From assembly GCA_965213925.1 (NCBI GenBank), contig OZ243927.1, forward strand, positions 4,000,001-4,064,000: 64,000 nucleotides of DNA, read 5' to 3'. Origin of the DNA: Trueperaceae bacterium (lineage in GTDB: Bacteria > Deinococcota > Deinococci > Deinococcales > Trueperaceae). Shown piece after piece: positions 10,299-20,083 of this stretch. The number at the start of each line of letters is the position of its first letter. Positions within the stretch are counted from its first letter, which is position 1. Both the position numbers and the translations under genes were made by a program. A model generated the notes under the pieces. It worked only from the letters and a program-made list of their open reading frames with translations, ran no database searches and had not been told where the DNA came from.

Positions 10299-10841
10299 AT
10301 GTCGCACGAAGTCTCATGGGCAAGGATGGCGGAGGGCTTGTCGGAGCCGTGGAAGAATGTATTTGCTGATTTTATGAAGAGAAATACGCTCGATGCTGCA
10401 CGCTATACCACTGTTAATGAGATCAATCTTGAAGGTTTACCGATTATCAACCTAGAACCTCTTGAGTTCTTTCCGGACCTCCGCCAACTCAATATCTCGA
10501 GCACAAGGATTCGAGACTTACGACCTTTAACAAATGTGCCAAGACTCGAGATGTTTTACGCAGACTTCGGTGAATTCGAAGACTTAGGGCCGCTGGCTCA
10601 GCTTACCGAACTTAGAGAAGTTGACGTGACCTGTTCTCTCGCGCACCTTACCGATATATCTGCGCTCTCAGAGTGTCGAAAGCTAGAGAAGGTCTACTTG
10701 GCGCATAGCCCGATCACCTCAATTAAACCTCTATTTGAGTTACCGTCGCTCGAGCTTCTCAGCGTAACCAACACGGAAATACCTGAGGAAGAGCTAGAGT
10801 CCTTTCGGGAGTTGCATCCAACATGTGTCATTTGGAGTTAA
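10299..10841 (+). CDS. leucine-rich repeat protein
   Basis: Repeated LxxLxxLxxLxLxxxxIxDL units; AAGGAG before ATG 10299. Confidence 0.8.
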   Translation: MSHEVSWARMAEGLSEPWKNVFADFMKRNTLDAARYTTVNEINLEGLPIINLEPLEFFPDLRQLNISSTRIRDLRPLTNVPRLEMFYADFGEFEDLGPLAQLTELREVDVTCSLAHLTDISALSECRKLEKVYLAHSPITSIKPLFELPSLELLSVTNTEIPEEELESFRELHPTCVIWS

Positions 10842-11007
10842 AGCGCTACGCCTAGTCAGTGTTAGCACATCCAAGATTAGGGTGAAGTTGTCTGCATCAT
10901 CCCTAATTGCACTTTGCATTAAGGGAAAATGTTGGACTTTCGGGATAAAATAGTGCGCTGATGTTACGAACTGTCCCCATCTCTATTCCGACTTCGGACG
11001 CTACCCC

Positions 11008-11745
11008 ATGACGATTCTCTTAACAGGCGGCTCCGGACGACTCGGTAGCGAGTTGCGTACGCTGATGCCAGACATCATCGCGCCGCCGAGCGCAGAACTC
11101 GACCTCACGAACGCCGCCAACGTGCAGCACGCGCTCAGGCTCTACAAACCCGGTGTCGTCATCCACGCCGCCGCCTACACCGACGTCAAAGGGGCGGAAA
11201 CGAATCAAGCCGCGTGCTGGCGAGTCAACGTCGAGGGCACGCGCAACCTCATCAGGGCGCTAAAGCATACTGAGAAAGACACGGTGCTCGTTCACATCTC
11301 CACCGATTATGTCTTTTACGGCGACACAGGGAACTACCTCGAGGATGACCCGGTTGGACCCGTGCGCAACTATTACGCGCTGAGCAAGCTCGTCGCGGAA
11401 GAGGTCGCGAGACTCGCCGAGCGCCACCTGATCATCCGCACCAGCTTTCGCCCACGAGAGTTTCCGTATCCGGTGGCGTTCGCGGACGTGTTTACGAGCC
11501 AAGACTACGTGGACGTTATCGCGCCAGAAATCGCTTTAGCGGTGCAGCACGTGAACGACATCTCCTTCAGCACCTTGCATATCGCCACCGAACGCAAAAG
11601 CGTCTACGACCTCGCCAAAAGGCGGAGTGACGACGTTAAACCGGGCTCCAAAGCCGACGCGGGCGTTTCGCTGCCGGGCGACATCAGCTTAAATGTCGAG
11701 CGGTGGCAAAACCTCCGAGCGTCCTTAGAAAAGAGTACTTTATGA
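11008..11745 (+). CDS. rfbD: dTDP-4-dehydrorhamnose reductase
   Basis: TGGSGRLG, HAAAYTDV, ISTDYVF, YALSK. Confidence 0.9.
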   Translation: MTILLTGGSGRLGSELRTLMPDIIAPPSAELDLTNAANVQHALRLYKPGVVIHAAAYTDVKGAETNQAACWRVNVEGTRNLIRALKHTEKDTVLVHISTDYVFYGDTGNYLEDDPVGPVRNYYALSKLVAEEVARLAERHLIIRTSFRPREFPYPVAFADVFTSQDYVDVIAPEIALAVQHVNDISFSTLHIATERKSVYDLAKRRSDDVKPGSKADAGVSLPGDISLNVERWQNLRASLEKSTL

Positions 11746-12278
11746 CCGACCTCTCTAAACCCGCCGCTGAAGCGCTGACCTTTCAGGCTTACGAGCCTCA
11801 TCCCGCAATCGACGGCGTATGGACCCACAAACTCGTTAAGCGGCGGAGCGATAACGGCTTCTTCATGGAGTACGCGCGGCTTAGTCAAGGAAACGTGGAG
11901 GGTCTGCCGCACGACTTCACGGCTAAGCAAATCAGTGTCTCGAGAGCCGAGCCAGGGCGCATCAACGCCTTTCACATCCACCCGAGGGAGCCGCAGAACG
12001 AACTCTGGACGGTCATTCAAGGTCGACTCAAGGTGTGGCTCGCGGACTGCCGCGCAGGTTCCCCGACCGAAGGCAAAAAACGACCCTTTATCTTAAACGG
12101 CGAAGAACCCGCGCAGCTCTATATTCCAGCGGGCGTGGCGCACGGCTACCAAGCAGGACCGGACGGCGCAACGCTCCTCTACGCGATGGACCAACAATTC
12201 AACCTGGACAACCCGAACGAGGGACGCTTGCCCTGGGACTTCTTCGGGGCGGACCTGTGGGCAGAGGATAGGGGTTAA
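11742..12278 (+). CDS. rfbC: dTDP-4-dehydrorhamnose 3,5-epimerase family
   Basis: DNGFFME, AFHIH, YIPAGVAHGY; ATGA overlap with rfbD. Confidence 0.88.
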   Translation: MTDLSKPAAEALTFQAYEPHPAIDGVWTHKLVKRRSDNGFFMEYARLSQGNVEGLPHDFTAKQISVSRAEPGRINAFHIHPREPQNELWTVIQGRLKVWLADCRAGSPTEGKKRPFILNGEEPAQLYIPAGVAHGYQAGPDGATLLYAMDQQFNLDNPNEGRLPWDFFGADLWAEDRG

Positions 12279-12280
12279 AG

Positions 12281-13282
12281 ATGGATTATAAGAAACTTTT
12301 AGTCACGGGCGGGCTCGGCTTTATCGGCTCCTCGTACATCCGCATCATACTGAGCGAGACGGACTTGGAAATCGTCAACTTAGACCTCATGACCTACGCC
12401 GCGAACCCCGCGACGCTAAGCGACTTCGAGGATGACCCGCGCTACACCTTCATCAAAGGAGACATCGCTGACCCAGAGGTTGTCGAAGAAGCCGCGCAGG
12501 GCTGTGACGCGGTGCTCAACTTCGCCGCCGAGACGCACGTAGACCGCTCCATTCAGGACGCCGCGCCCTTTACGCGCACGAATGTGGAGGGGGTGCGGGT
12601 GTTGCTCGAGGCTGCCCGCGCCCGCAACATCCGCTTCGTCCAAGTCTCCACCGATGAGGTCTACGGCGAAGTCATGGAAGGTTTGAGCGTCGAAAACGAC
12701 CCTTTTAGACCGCGCAGCCCGTACAGCGCCTCCAAAGCGGGCGGCGATCTCCTGGTGCAAGCCTACGCCACGACCTACGGCATGGACGTGGTGACGACGC
12801 GCGGCTCGAACAACTACGGTCCCTACCAGTTCCCCGAAAAGGTCATCCCGCTCTTCGTGACCAACGCTTTGGAGGACCAACCGCTGCCCATCTACGGCAC
12901 GGGCAAAGCGATTCGCGACTATATCTTTGTAGATGACCATGCGCGAGGCATTCACCAGGCGCTGCTCGAGGGCAAAAGCGGCGAGGCGTATAACATCGGC
13001 GGAGAGAATCAGACGGACGGGCTGGCGGTTGCCGCAACGATTCTGAACACGTTGGACAAACCCGGCGACCTCATCCAACACGTTAAAGACCGCCCCGGTC
13101 ACGACTACCGCTACGCGCTGGATATTTCTAAGGCGAAGCGTGAGCTAGATTGGCAGCCGAGCATGACCTTTGCCGAGGGAATTGCGAAGACGATTAAATG
13201 GTATCAGGAGCACCCGGAGTGGTGGCGGGAGACGAAGGCGGGGCAGAAGGAGTATTTCGAGAAGCAGTACGTGGAGCGCTGA
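12281..13282 (+). CDS. rfbB: dTDP-glucose 4,6-dehydratase
   Basis: TGGLGFIG, FAAETHVDRS, VSTDEVYG, SPYSASK, DRPGHD. Confidence 0.96.
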   Translation: MDYKKLLVTGGLGFIGSSYIRIILSETDLEIVNLDLMTYAANPATLSDFEDDPRYTFIKGDIADPEVVEEAAQGCDAVLNFAAETHVDRSIQDAAPFTRTNVEGVRVLLEAARARNIRFVQVSTDEVYGEVMEGLSVENDPFRPRSPYSASKAGGDLLVQAYATTYGMDVVTTRGSNNYGPYQFPEKVIPLFVTNALEDQPLPIYGTGKAIRDYIFVDDHARGIHQALLEGKSGEAYNIGGENQTDGLAVAATILNTLDKPGDLIQHVKDRPGHDYRYALDISKAKRELDWQPSMTFAEGIAKTIKWYQEHPEWWRETKAGQKEYFEKQYVER

Positions 13283-13310
13283 GCGTTAGTTGAACTGTTG
13301 AGGCTAGAAA

Positions 13311-13562
13311 GTGTCCAACGCAAGGTTCAGGCTGTAGTATGAGGAATTCAAAGAAAATCGAGACGTAGCCAAAGATATTTTCGGTTTGACTCGTGAAGGA
13401 CTGGTCGGGTTTTTAGGGCAACCTGATGACGTCGGCGGTACATCGCGTAAATACGAAACTCCTTCGGTCTACAAGTATGATGACCTCGAGTTCTTCTTTG
13501 AACCTTGGCAGGACGGCAGGCTACACACGCCTTACAAGATAGTCAGAGTAACTGCACGCTAA
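13311..13562 (+). pseudogene. degraded small hypothetical gene
   Basis: GTG 13311, in-frame TAG 13335-13337, then protein-like ...LGQPDDVGGTSRKYETPSVYKYDDLEFFF... to TAA 13562. Confidence 0.45.
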
Positions 13563-13821
13563 GCCTTACACTTAACGATTTGCATGGGTCAACTTAGCCT
13601 TTAACGCTACATTCCTCCCACCGACCTGTAAAGCAAGCCGAACATAAGGTTGTAGGCTCGAGCAGCCAAACACAACTCAATTCGCATAACAACGATTTAG
13701 CGGATTCACTCACCGTGAATCCGCTAAATGTCACTTCTAATGACAATTTTAACTCCTTTAAGACGACGTAATTGACTTCATAGCCGCGTTTGAAGCAATT
13801 TGCTCTAATAGTGACAAGAAT

Positions 13822-13894
13822 TTCCGGAGCGATGAAGCTTATCCCGTTATCTGGGCACCTGGGGTAAGTGGAGCGAGTGGTGCAACCGACGGGA
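13822..13894 (+). ncRNA. c-di-GMP-II riboswitch aptamer
   Basis: GGAgcgATGAAG-CTTATCCC-gttatct-GGGCACCT-GGGGTAAG-tgGAGcgAGTGGTGCAACCGAC. Stem 13838-45/13861-68, pseudoknot GCACC/GGTGC, 3' GTGCAACCGAC as in the class consensus. Confidence 0.8.
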
Positions 13895-13931
13895 CGGCGC
13901 ATACGCCCTCCCACAGCAATACCTGGGAGGG
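13891..13931 (+). promoter_or_regulatory. riboswitch expression platform (anti-SD/SD hairpin)
   Basis: CCCTCCCA 13906-13 pairs with TGGGAGGG 13924-31 (SD of ATG 13935); alternative pairing with GGGACGGCG 13891-99. Confidence 0.7.
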
Positions 13932-13934
13932 TTC

Positions 13935-16187
13935 ATGCAGCTTGCACGCATCTCATCACACATTTTGGGCATTATGGTCTTTTCGCTCCTCGCCGCGTGT
14001 AGCAGCGCCGGAAACCAGGTCGTCGAGCCTAAACTCGCGGAGCCTCTACTGACCAGCTCGAGCACCAGCGCCACGCTGCGCCTCGCCAACGAAGGCGGCG
14101 CACCCCTCTCCTTCGAAGTCACGAGTAACGACCCGCGCATCGTCGTCACCCCGCAAAAAGGCACCCTAAAAGGCAACAAAGCGCGCACCCTAGAAGTCAG
14201 CGCGGTATGCGACGAGGGCACGGCTGAAAGCGACCTCACCATCACATCGAACGACGCGGCGACGCCCGTTAAAACCGTTCCGCTCACGCTTACGTGCGGC
14301 GCGACCCAAGGACCCGTCTGGTGGCTCAGCGCGAACACCTTAACCGTCGATAGTGACGGCGATCTGAGCGCCCAACAAGAGGTCACGAAGAAAGTAACAC
14401 TCAGTAACAGCGGGCGCGTGAAGGGCGAGTACACCCTCTCGAGCACCCAAGACTGGCTCAGCGTGGCGCGCACCTCCGGCGAATTGGACGCGGGCGAGAA
14501 GGACGAGTTGGCGTTCTCCGTTCGCCCTTGCACCGAGCCTAAGCGTGACAGCGCCGAGCTTACGGTCAATGGCGGCGGCGCGAGCGCTTCACTCACCGTA
14601 GTGCGCGACTGCGACGCCGAAAACGCGGCGACCTTAGACCTCAAGTTCGAGCGCTTTTACATCAACCAGGCGGTACCGGCGGCGGATTCACACCGCCCGC
14701 CCCACGAGCGCCGCACCCTCATCGCCTCGCGCGAAGGTCTGGCGCGCGCGTTCGTCCACGCGAACCAGCTCAGCGACCAAGAGGTCACCGTGCGCCTTCA
14801 CTACAAAAACGCTGACGGCGAAGGTCACCTCGACCTCAGCGGTCCGGCGAGCGCCCCGACTCAAGCGGACGAAGGCGACCTTGGCAGCACCTTTAACGCC
14901 ATGTTGGACAAAACGCTCCTCACGCCTGGCCTCAAAATCGCGGTGGAAATCGACCCCGAAAATAAGGTCGCCGAGCGCAACGAGGCGAACAACCGCTACC
15001 CCGCTTCGGGCTTCGTCTCCCTAAAGGTGACGCAAGCGCCGACGCTCAACCTCACGCTCGTGCCGGTGAGCTACAAAGGCAGAACTCCGGTGCTGGACAA
15101 AGCGGCGCAAGAGGACCTCTTGCAGCAAACGCGCCTGATGTACCCTCTAAGCGACGTTCGCGTTCGCGTTCATACGCCCTACACCTTTAGCGGCGTTTTA
15201 GAGGCGCGAGACGGCAAGGGCTGGAACCAACTCCTCTCGCAACTCACCAAGTTACGCACCCTGGACGGCAGCAGCGACCTCTACTACGGCGTCGTCGAGC
15301 CCGGCTATAGCGGCGGCATCGCGGGCGTGGGCTGGGTCGGCGGCTCGCCCGTGTCGGTCGGCTGGAATAGAGCGACGGGCACCCCCTCGAGCCGCAGCTC
15401 CGTCATGGCGCACGAGCTAGGTCACAACTGGCAGCGCAACCACGCACCTTGCAATGTAGACGGCGACAGACACTACCCCCACACCGAAGGACAGATAGGG
15501 GTATGGGGCTTCGACCACAGCACGCATACTCTCAAAGCGCCCGCAGACAACGCCGACATCATGGGCTACTGCCGCCCCGCCTGGATCAGCGACTACACCT
15601 ACGACGGCATCATGGACTACCGCCAAGGGCACGCCTACGACATTCAGAGCCAATCTCTTCCCACGAACGCCCTCATCGTGAGCGGCAGCGTCGAGCGCGG
15701 CGCGGTGACGCTCAACCCCGTCTTCCAAGCCGAAGCCGTCACCGACACCCCCACCCCCGGTCCCTACACCCTCATCGGCACGGACAGCGCCGGACGCACC
15801 CTCTTCAGCGTGCCCTTTAGCACCCAAAGCGTGGCGGACGTGCCCGAAGCGAGCTTCTCCGGTTTCAACCTCACCGTGCCCCTCAGTGAAGGCGAGGCGA
15901 GTGACCTCTCGAGTCTCCGTATTGAGCGTAATGGCAAAGTCCTCGCCGAGCAGAGTACGGCACTCCGCACGCAGTCCGCGCAGAAGACCGAGGTAAAGCG
16001 CGTCAATGGCAAGCTCACCCTCACCTGGGACGCCAGCGCCTACGACGCCGTGATCGTTCGCGACGCCGAGGGCAACATCCTAGCGATGGACGAAAGTGGA
16101 GAGGTTGTTTTGGAGACGCAGAGCAGCGCCTTAACGCTCACCTTCTCCGACGGCTTACGCTCGCACGAAGAGGTATTGACGTTCTAA
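13935..16187 (+). CDS. surface lipoprotein, Ig/BACON-like domains plus metzincin zinc metalloprotease (M66-like)
   Basis: Lipobox LLAAC, beta-rich repeats (WLSVARTSGEL), HELGHNWQRNH zinc motif, DIMGY Met-turn. Confidence 0.85.
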   Translation: MQLARISSHILGIMVFSLLAACSSAGNQVVEPKLAEPLLTSSSTSATLRLANEGGAPLSFEVTSNDPRIVVTPQKGTLKGNKARTLEVSAVCDEGTAESDLTITSNDAATPVKTVPLTLTCGATQGPVWWLSANTLTVDSDGDLSAQQEVTKKVTLSNSGRVKGEYTLSSTQDWLSVARTSGELDAGEKDELAFSVRPCTEPKRDSAELTVNGGGASASLTVVRDCDAENAATLDLKFERFYINQAVPAADSHRPPHERRTLIASREGLARAFVHANQLSDQEVTVRLHYKNADGEGHLDLSGPASAPTQADEGDLGSTFNAMLDKTLLTPGLKIAVEIDPENKVAERNEANNRYPASGFVSLKVTQAPTLNLTLVPVSYKGRTPVLDKAAQEDLLQQTRLMYPLSDVRVRVHTPYTFSGVLEARDGKGWNQLLSQLTKLRTLDGSSDLYYGVVEPGYSGGIAGVGWVGGSPVSVGWNRATGTPSSRSSVMAHELGHNWQRNHAPCNVDGDRHYPHTEGQIGVWGFDHSTHTLKAPADNADIMGYCRPAWISDYTYDGIMDYRQGHAYDIQSQSLPTNALIVSGSVERGAVTLNPVFQAEAVTDTPTPGPYTLIGTDSAGRTLFSVPFSTQSVADVPEASFSGFNLTVPLSEGEASDLSSLRIERNGKVLAEQSTALRTQSAQKTEVKRVNGKLTLTWDASAYDAVIVRDAEGNILAMDESGEVVLETQSSALTLTFSDGLRSHEEVLTF

Positions 16188-16207
16188 AGCTCTGATCTGA
16201 CTGTTCA

Positions 16208-16238
16208 AAAGAGCGCACTCACCGTAGGTGCGCTCTTT
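16208..16238 (+). terminator. intrinsic terminator
   Basis: AAAGAGCGCAC/GTGCGCTCTTT hairpin after the protease gene. Confidence 0.75.
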
Positions 16239-16670
16239 CGTTGTTGAAGCCAGCTTTTAGTTGTCAAAACGGGTAGAGGTTCTGAGTCGAATGCTCCTAT
16301 GTACCCCTTCTGCCGCCTCCACGCGACAAAGGGGTTTCAACCCCTTGCTTCTGACCTCAGTGTCATTCCAGACAGAGCCACTACCACGTGATGGAGTCCG
16401 AAAACGGCCATGCGCAAATGGTCACTTCGGCTACGGCTCTAACCCGAGGACGTCTCAAAGTCTAGGGCAACCAAGTGTTAAATTTTCCATATTTTTAAGC
16501 GGGTGAATTCCTTAACATAGGGGTGCGCGACACATTCTTTTCGTTGCCTCCCGCGCGAAATCTACATAGATTCATTCGGGGGATGAGGGATATTGAGGTC
16601 AACCGCGCCAACAACTCACACAACTTCACATTGCACTACTGCACTCCAAGAAGGTGTGTATAGTTTCTCT

Positions 16671-17597
16671 ATGCCCGACAACATCCCCGCGCTACCCAAA
16701 GGTCTTAGTGTGAAGCGGCAGGGGGAGAGCCTCGAGGTCACTCGTTCTAAAGCAGGCGAAATTCACCTTTTGTCTACCCGCTACACAGCCGAACTGGTAA
16801 GAACAACTATGAGAGTCGGCAAGCGAATCACGCTTACGCCCGCTGAGGATGACAAGGTGACTGAGATTTATTTCATCTTAAAAGGTATGTTGCGGTGTGA
16901 CTTGCCTGCAGGACCACTAAGAATAAGCTCCGGCGACTACCTCATCGCTGAAGGTTTAGAGCAACCCGTCATCTTCACTACGGAGACAAGCGTCGAGTTT
17001 TTGTATCTCACATCGCACCCTTTCTTTCACCATATCAGCAGCGAAATACATGAGTTGAGGCAGCTCGCCGTCGAGGTCGAGCAGAAAGACGGTTACACGG
17101 CGAACCATTGTGAAAGGTTGCAGTCGCTTTCTTATGCGGTGGGCAAAGTTCTCGGGCTGCCTCTCTACCGCCTTCACTATCTTGACTACGGTGCTTACTT
17201 GCATGATGTTGGAAAAGTGCACGTACCAATAGAAATACTCAATAAGCCCTCTGCCCTCACACCTTTAGAATGGGATATCATTAAGAAACATCCTATTTTT
17301 GGTAGAGAGATGGTCGACAAGACTTTCATGAAAGAATCTGGACCCATCATTGAGCAGCACCATGAGAAGCTTGATGGAAGCGGCTATCCCTACGGTCTAT
17401 CTGGGGACGAAATATCAACGGAAGCCTACATCATAGCGGTTGCCGACGCTTACGACGCGATGACGAGCAACCGCCCCTACCGCCGCGCACTGAGCCATGA
17501 CGAAGCTATCGCTGAACTTATGCGCTTTTCAGGTCGGCATTACCCGAGTGAGATTATTCAGGCGTTTCTCGAGGTGGTGGGCACGATGAAACCTTAA
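16671..17597 (+). CDS. HD-GYP c-di-GMP phosphodiesterase with N-terminal cupin-like domain
   Basis: LHDVGK, HHEKLDGSGYP, VADAYDAM, RPYR; N-terminal EIYFILKG...GDY cupin pattern; TATAGT 6 nt before ATG. Confidence 0.9.
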   Translation: MPDNIPALPKGLSVKRQGESLEVTRSKAGEIHLLSTRYTAELVRTTMRVGKRITLTPAEDDKVTEIYFILKGMLRCDLPAGPLRISSGDYLIAEGLEQPVIFTTETSVEFLYLTSHPFFHHISSEIHELRQLAVEVEQKDGYTANHCERLQSLSYAVGKVLGLPLYRLHYLDYGAYLHDVGKVHVPIEILNKPSALTPLEWDIIKKHPIFGREMVDKTFMKESGPIIEQHHEKLDGSGYPYGLSGDEISTEAYIIAVADAYDAMTSNRPYRRALSHDEAIAELMRFSGRHYPSEIIQAFLEVVGTMKP

Positions 17598-17642
17598 TAC
17601 ACAACCGTGCTCAAAGTCTCGTCTCGTTCAAGGGAGGAACAG

Positions 17643-17963
17643 ATGAACATCACGACCTACAGAAGTTTAGCCTTTATCCTCGTTCTACTCTTCGCACTTC
17701 TCGGCTGCGAAGAAGATGTCACGTTGGAGACGACGGACTACCATCCAGAGGACGACGTTTACATCATGATAAGAGGTGAGGTCATCGAGGACGCCACCTC
17801 AGTCCTACCCGCCGCCCTTATCGGTGAGCTGGCTTTCGACTTGCAAGAAGGAACGCACGAAAGCATCACCGATGTGAGCGGCGCAGAGGTGGACCACTAC
17901 TACATTTGGGTGTGCTTGGAAGACGCCTGCATTCCGGTTGACCCGTTTCGCTTCAATAATTAG
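17643..17963 (+). CDS. small acidic lipoprotein
   Basis: GGAGGA RBS, lipobox LLGC, C-terminal CxxxxC. Confidence 0.7.
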   Translation: MNITTYRSLAFILVLLFALLGCEEDVTLETTDYHPEDDVYIMIRGEVIEDATSVLPAALIGELAFDLQEGTHESITDVSGAEVDHYYIWVCLEDACIPVDPFRFNN

Positions 17964-17982
17964 GACAAATCACAACACTCGA

Positions 17983-18014
17983 GAGACCCGCAACATCTAT
18001 AGGTTGCGGGTCTC
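17983..18014. terminator. hairpin between convergent genes
   Basis: GAGACCCGCAAC/GTTGCGGGTCTC. Confidence 0.65.
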
Positions 18015-18019
18015 GTCAT

Positions 18020-18319
18020 TTAACAGCTAATCACCGCGTTCTCCGTCCCCTGGTCATTCTGCACAGTGCTGTCCGCGTCGGGGTCGTTGAAGTAGTGGTC
18101 GTGGTCGTTGTGGAGGGCGCGGTAGCGAAACTGGTAGTCGTGGCCGGGCTCGACCTCTTGCACCAACTTCCACTTGCCACTTTTCTGCTTGTTAAAGGGC
18201 ACCTCTTGCCAACCGTTAAACTCCGCGACGAGGTGAACGGCGTCCGCTTCGAAGTCGGCGGGCAGTTCGAAGGTGACTTTGCAGACTTTACGGGTTTTGA
18301 CCTGCTGTTTTTTAATCAT
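18020..18319 (-). CDS. isoamylase early-set / CBM48-like domain protein
   Basis: CKVTFELP...AEFNGW...YQFRY...NDPDAD. Confidence 0.85.
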   Translation of the reverse strand: MIKKQQVKTRKVCKVTFELPADFEADAVHLVAEFNGWQEVPFNKQKSGKWKLVQEVEPGHDYQFRYRALHNDHDHYFNDPDADSTVQNDQGTENAVISC

Positions 18320-18451
18320 CGCTCGTCCTTTCGCATTCACAATGTCAGTGTTAAAGGTCTCCCCCTCACCTAAATGAAGAGGTCTTGTGGCATGAAGGAT
18401 ACCAAATTATGCCGTATGTCAACAAAAGGTGAGCGCGTGGTATAAGGTAAC

Positions 18452-19165
18452 GTGACCTTAGATGTTCAGTTTGTGCCGCGCAGCACGGATGATAGTAAAC
18501 CTGATACAGCTGTTGTAGTCGACGTTTTACGGATGACGACCACCTCAGGACTTCTCTTCTCGAAAGGGTTAGAGGAGCTTTTCGTCGTCGCAGAAGTCGA
18601 GGACGCAAGAGGTCTGGCGGCTCAAACGGGCGCACTCCTTTTGGGTGAAAGAGGTGGAGAGAAGGTGGAGGGATTCGACGGGGGCAATTCGCCGCTCGAG
18701 TACACCCAATCTCTAAGCGGTCAAAAGGCTATTTTATGCACCTCGAACGGTTCCAAAGCAGTTCAAACAACTCGAGAGGTTGAGCATGTCCTTTTAGGCG
18801 CAATCGTTAATGCAAAAGCGGTGGCGGCAAGGGTGCTCGAGGTTGCTACGAAAAACATCACGCTAATCTGTGCGGGAACGGGTGGACATATTTCTTTGGA
18901 CGACGTTATCGGCGCGGCGTGTATCGCCAGGGAACTGTTAGACTTCAATTCCAAGCTAGACCTCACAGACGCCTGCAAGATTGCGGTGGGGAGTCTCGAG
19001 CTGAACTCCGACCTCTTGAGCGGCTTACAAGGTGCCCACCACAGCACTGTTCTAAAGAATTTGGGCTATGAAGAAGATATCGCTTTCGCCGCCAAGCTCA
19101 ACCTCTTAGACACCGTACCTGTACGAGCCTCGCGAAATCCGACTTGCTTCACACTTGCGACGTGA
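18452..19165 (+). CDS. comB: 2-phosphosulfolactate phosphatase family
   Basis: VVVDVLRMTTT, GERGG, GFDGGNSP, TSNGS, SLDD. Confidence 0.88.
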   Translation: MTLDVQFVPRSTDDSKPDTAVVVDVLRMTTTSGLLFSKGLEELFVVAEVEDARGLAAQTGALLLGERGGEKVEGFDGGNSPLEYTQSLSGQKAILCTSNGSKAVQTTREVEHVLLGAIVNAKAVAARVLEVATKNITLICAGTGGHISLDDVIGAACIARELLDFNSKLDLTDACKIAVGSLELNSDLLSGLQGAHHSTVLKNLGYEEDIAFAAKLNLLDTVPVRASRNPTCFTLAT

Positions 19166-19659
19166 ACGCCTACACTGTCAAACTGCTCAAACCGGGCAAA
19201 GGTACGGAAATTACCTATCAAGGTTTTGAACTGCTACGCGAACCGAATCATCTGCTCATTCATGCGCGGTGGGACAGAGACGCGCTCGAGCTTGGTTACG
19301 TGACCTTTGAGACCGGCGACCACTTTTATGAACACTACTACACGAACAAATGGTTCAACATCTTCGAAATTCGTAGTGAAAGAGGTCGGCTCAAGGGCTG
19401 GTACTGCAACGTGACGAAACCGGCGAGGGTCGAAGACCGCACGGTTTACTCAGAAGATTTAGAACTCGACCTCTTTGTCTCGGCGGACAGGAGGCACGTA
19501 GTCACGCTCGATAAAGAGGAGTTTGAGGAGAGGGAGTTTAGCCAAGAGGTTCGGGAGGCTGCTTTGAATGGGCTCGAGGCGTTGCGAAAGATGGCGCGTT
19601 TGGCTACGCCACCCTTTGACAGTACCTCTTCCCGTTTGAGTCTGGGCAAGTCGGTGTGA
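19162..19659 (+). CDS. DUF402 family protein
   Basis: KWFNIFEI...GWYCNV..P...DLELDL...LDKEEF; GTGA overlap. Confidence 0.8.
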   Translation: MNAYTVKLLKPGKGTEITYQGFELLREPNHLLIHARWDRDALELGYVTFETGDHFYEHYYTNKWFNIFEIRSERGRLKGWYCNVTKPARVEDRTVYSEDLELDLFVSADRRHVVTLDKEEFEEREFSQEVREAALNGLEALRKMARLATPPFDSTSSRLSLGKSV

Positions 19660-20051
19660 AGCTCATAGGCTATCCCTGGGACGTAGTAAGGGAACTCGCG
19701 CTTCCAGCACATGACTACGCCATTTTCGGCAGCGCACCTCTTCTTGCCTACGATTTAATCGAAAAGGTTGGCGATATAGACCTTTTGGCGAGGGGTGAAG
19801 TGTGGGAGAGGGTTCAGCAGTTCGGTTTCATAGAAACTACGCCGAAAGGCGATAAAGTTGTCCGACTTGATGAAGGGCTCGAGGTATTTAACGCCTGGCT
19901 CGGCTTGAACACTGACGACATTATCAACCATGCCAAAATTATAGACGGGCTTCCCGTTGCAAACCTAAAGGACGTGCTCGAGTTCAAAAAGCAGCTCAAC
20001 CGACCTAAAGATAAGACCCACATTGCGCTTATTGAGAGCTTTTTACATTGA
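19656..20051 (+). CDS. hypothetical protein, nucleotidyltransferase-like
   Basis: IFGS...GDIDL...RPKD. Confidence 0.65.
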   Translation: MKLIGYPWDVVRELALPAHDYAIFGSAPLLAYDLIEKVGDIDLLARGEVWERVQQFGFIETTPKGDKVVRLDEGLEVFNAWLGLNTDDIINHAKIIDGLPVANLKDVLEFKKQLNRPKDKTHIALIESFLH

Positions 20052-20076
20052 CATCCCCTTTGCGCCTTGTTACGAT
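20048..20076 (+). promoter_or_regulatory. sigma70 promoter of the aspS leader
   Basis: TTGACA 20048-53, 17-nt spacer, TGn-TACGAT 20071-76; predicted start at about the ATG 20084. Confidence 0.8.
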
Positions 20077-20083
20077 ACCCGCA

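Noticed and set aside
6399..13337. Amber recoding suggested by two in-frame TAGs
   Set aside because: TAG is an ordinary stop in many genes here, and the first replaces an expected Trp; simple mutation suffices.
13847..14644. Long antisense/alternate-frame ORFs (also 7686-8291, 12416-13102, 24133-24837, 29825-30556)
   Set aside because: Shadows of real GC-rich genes.
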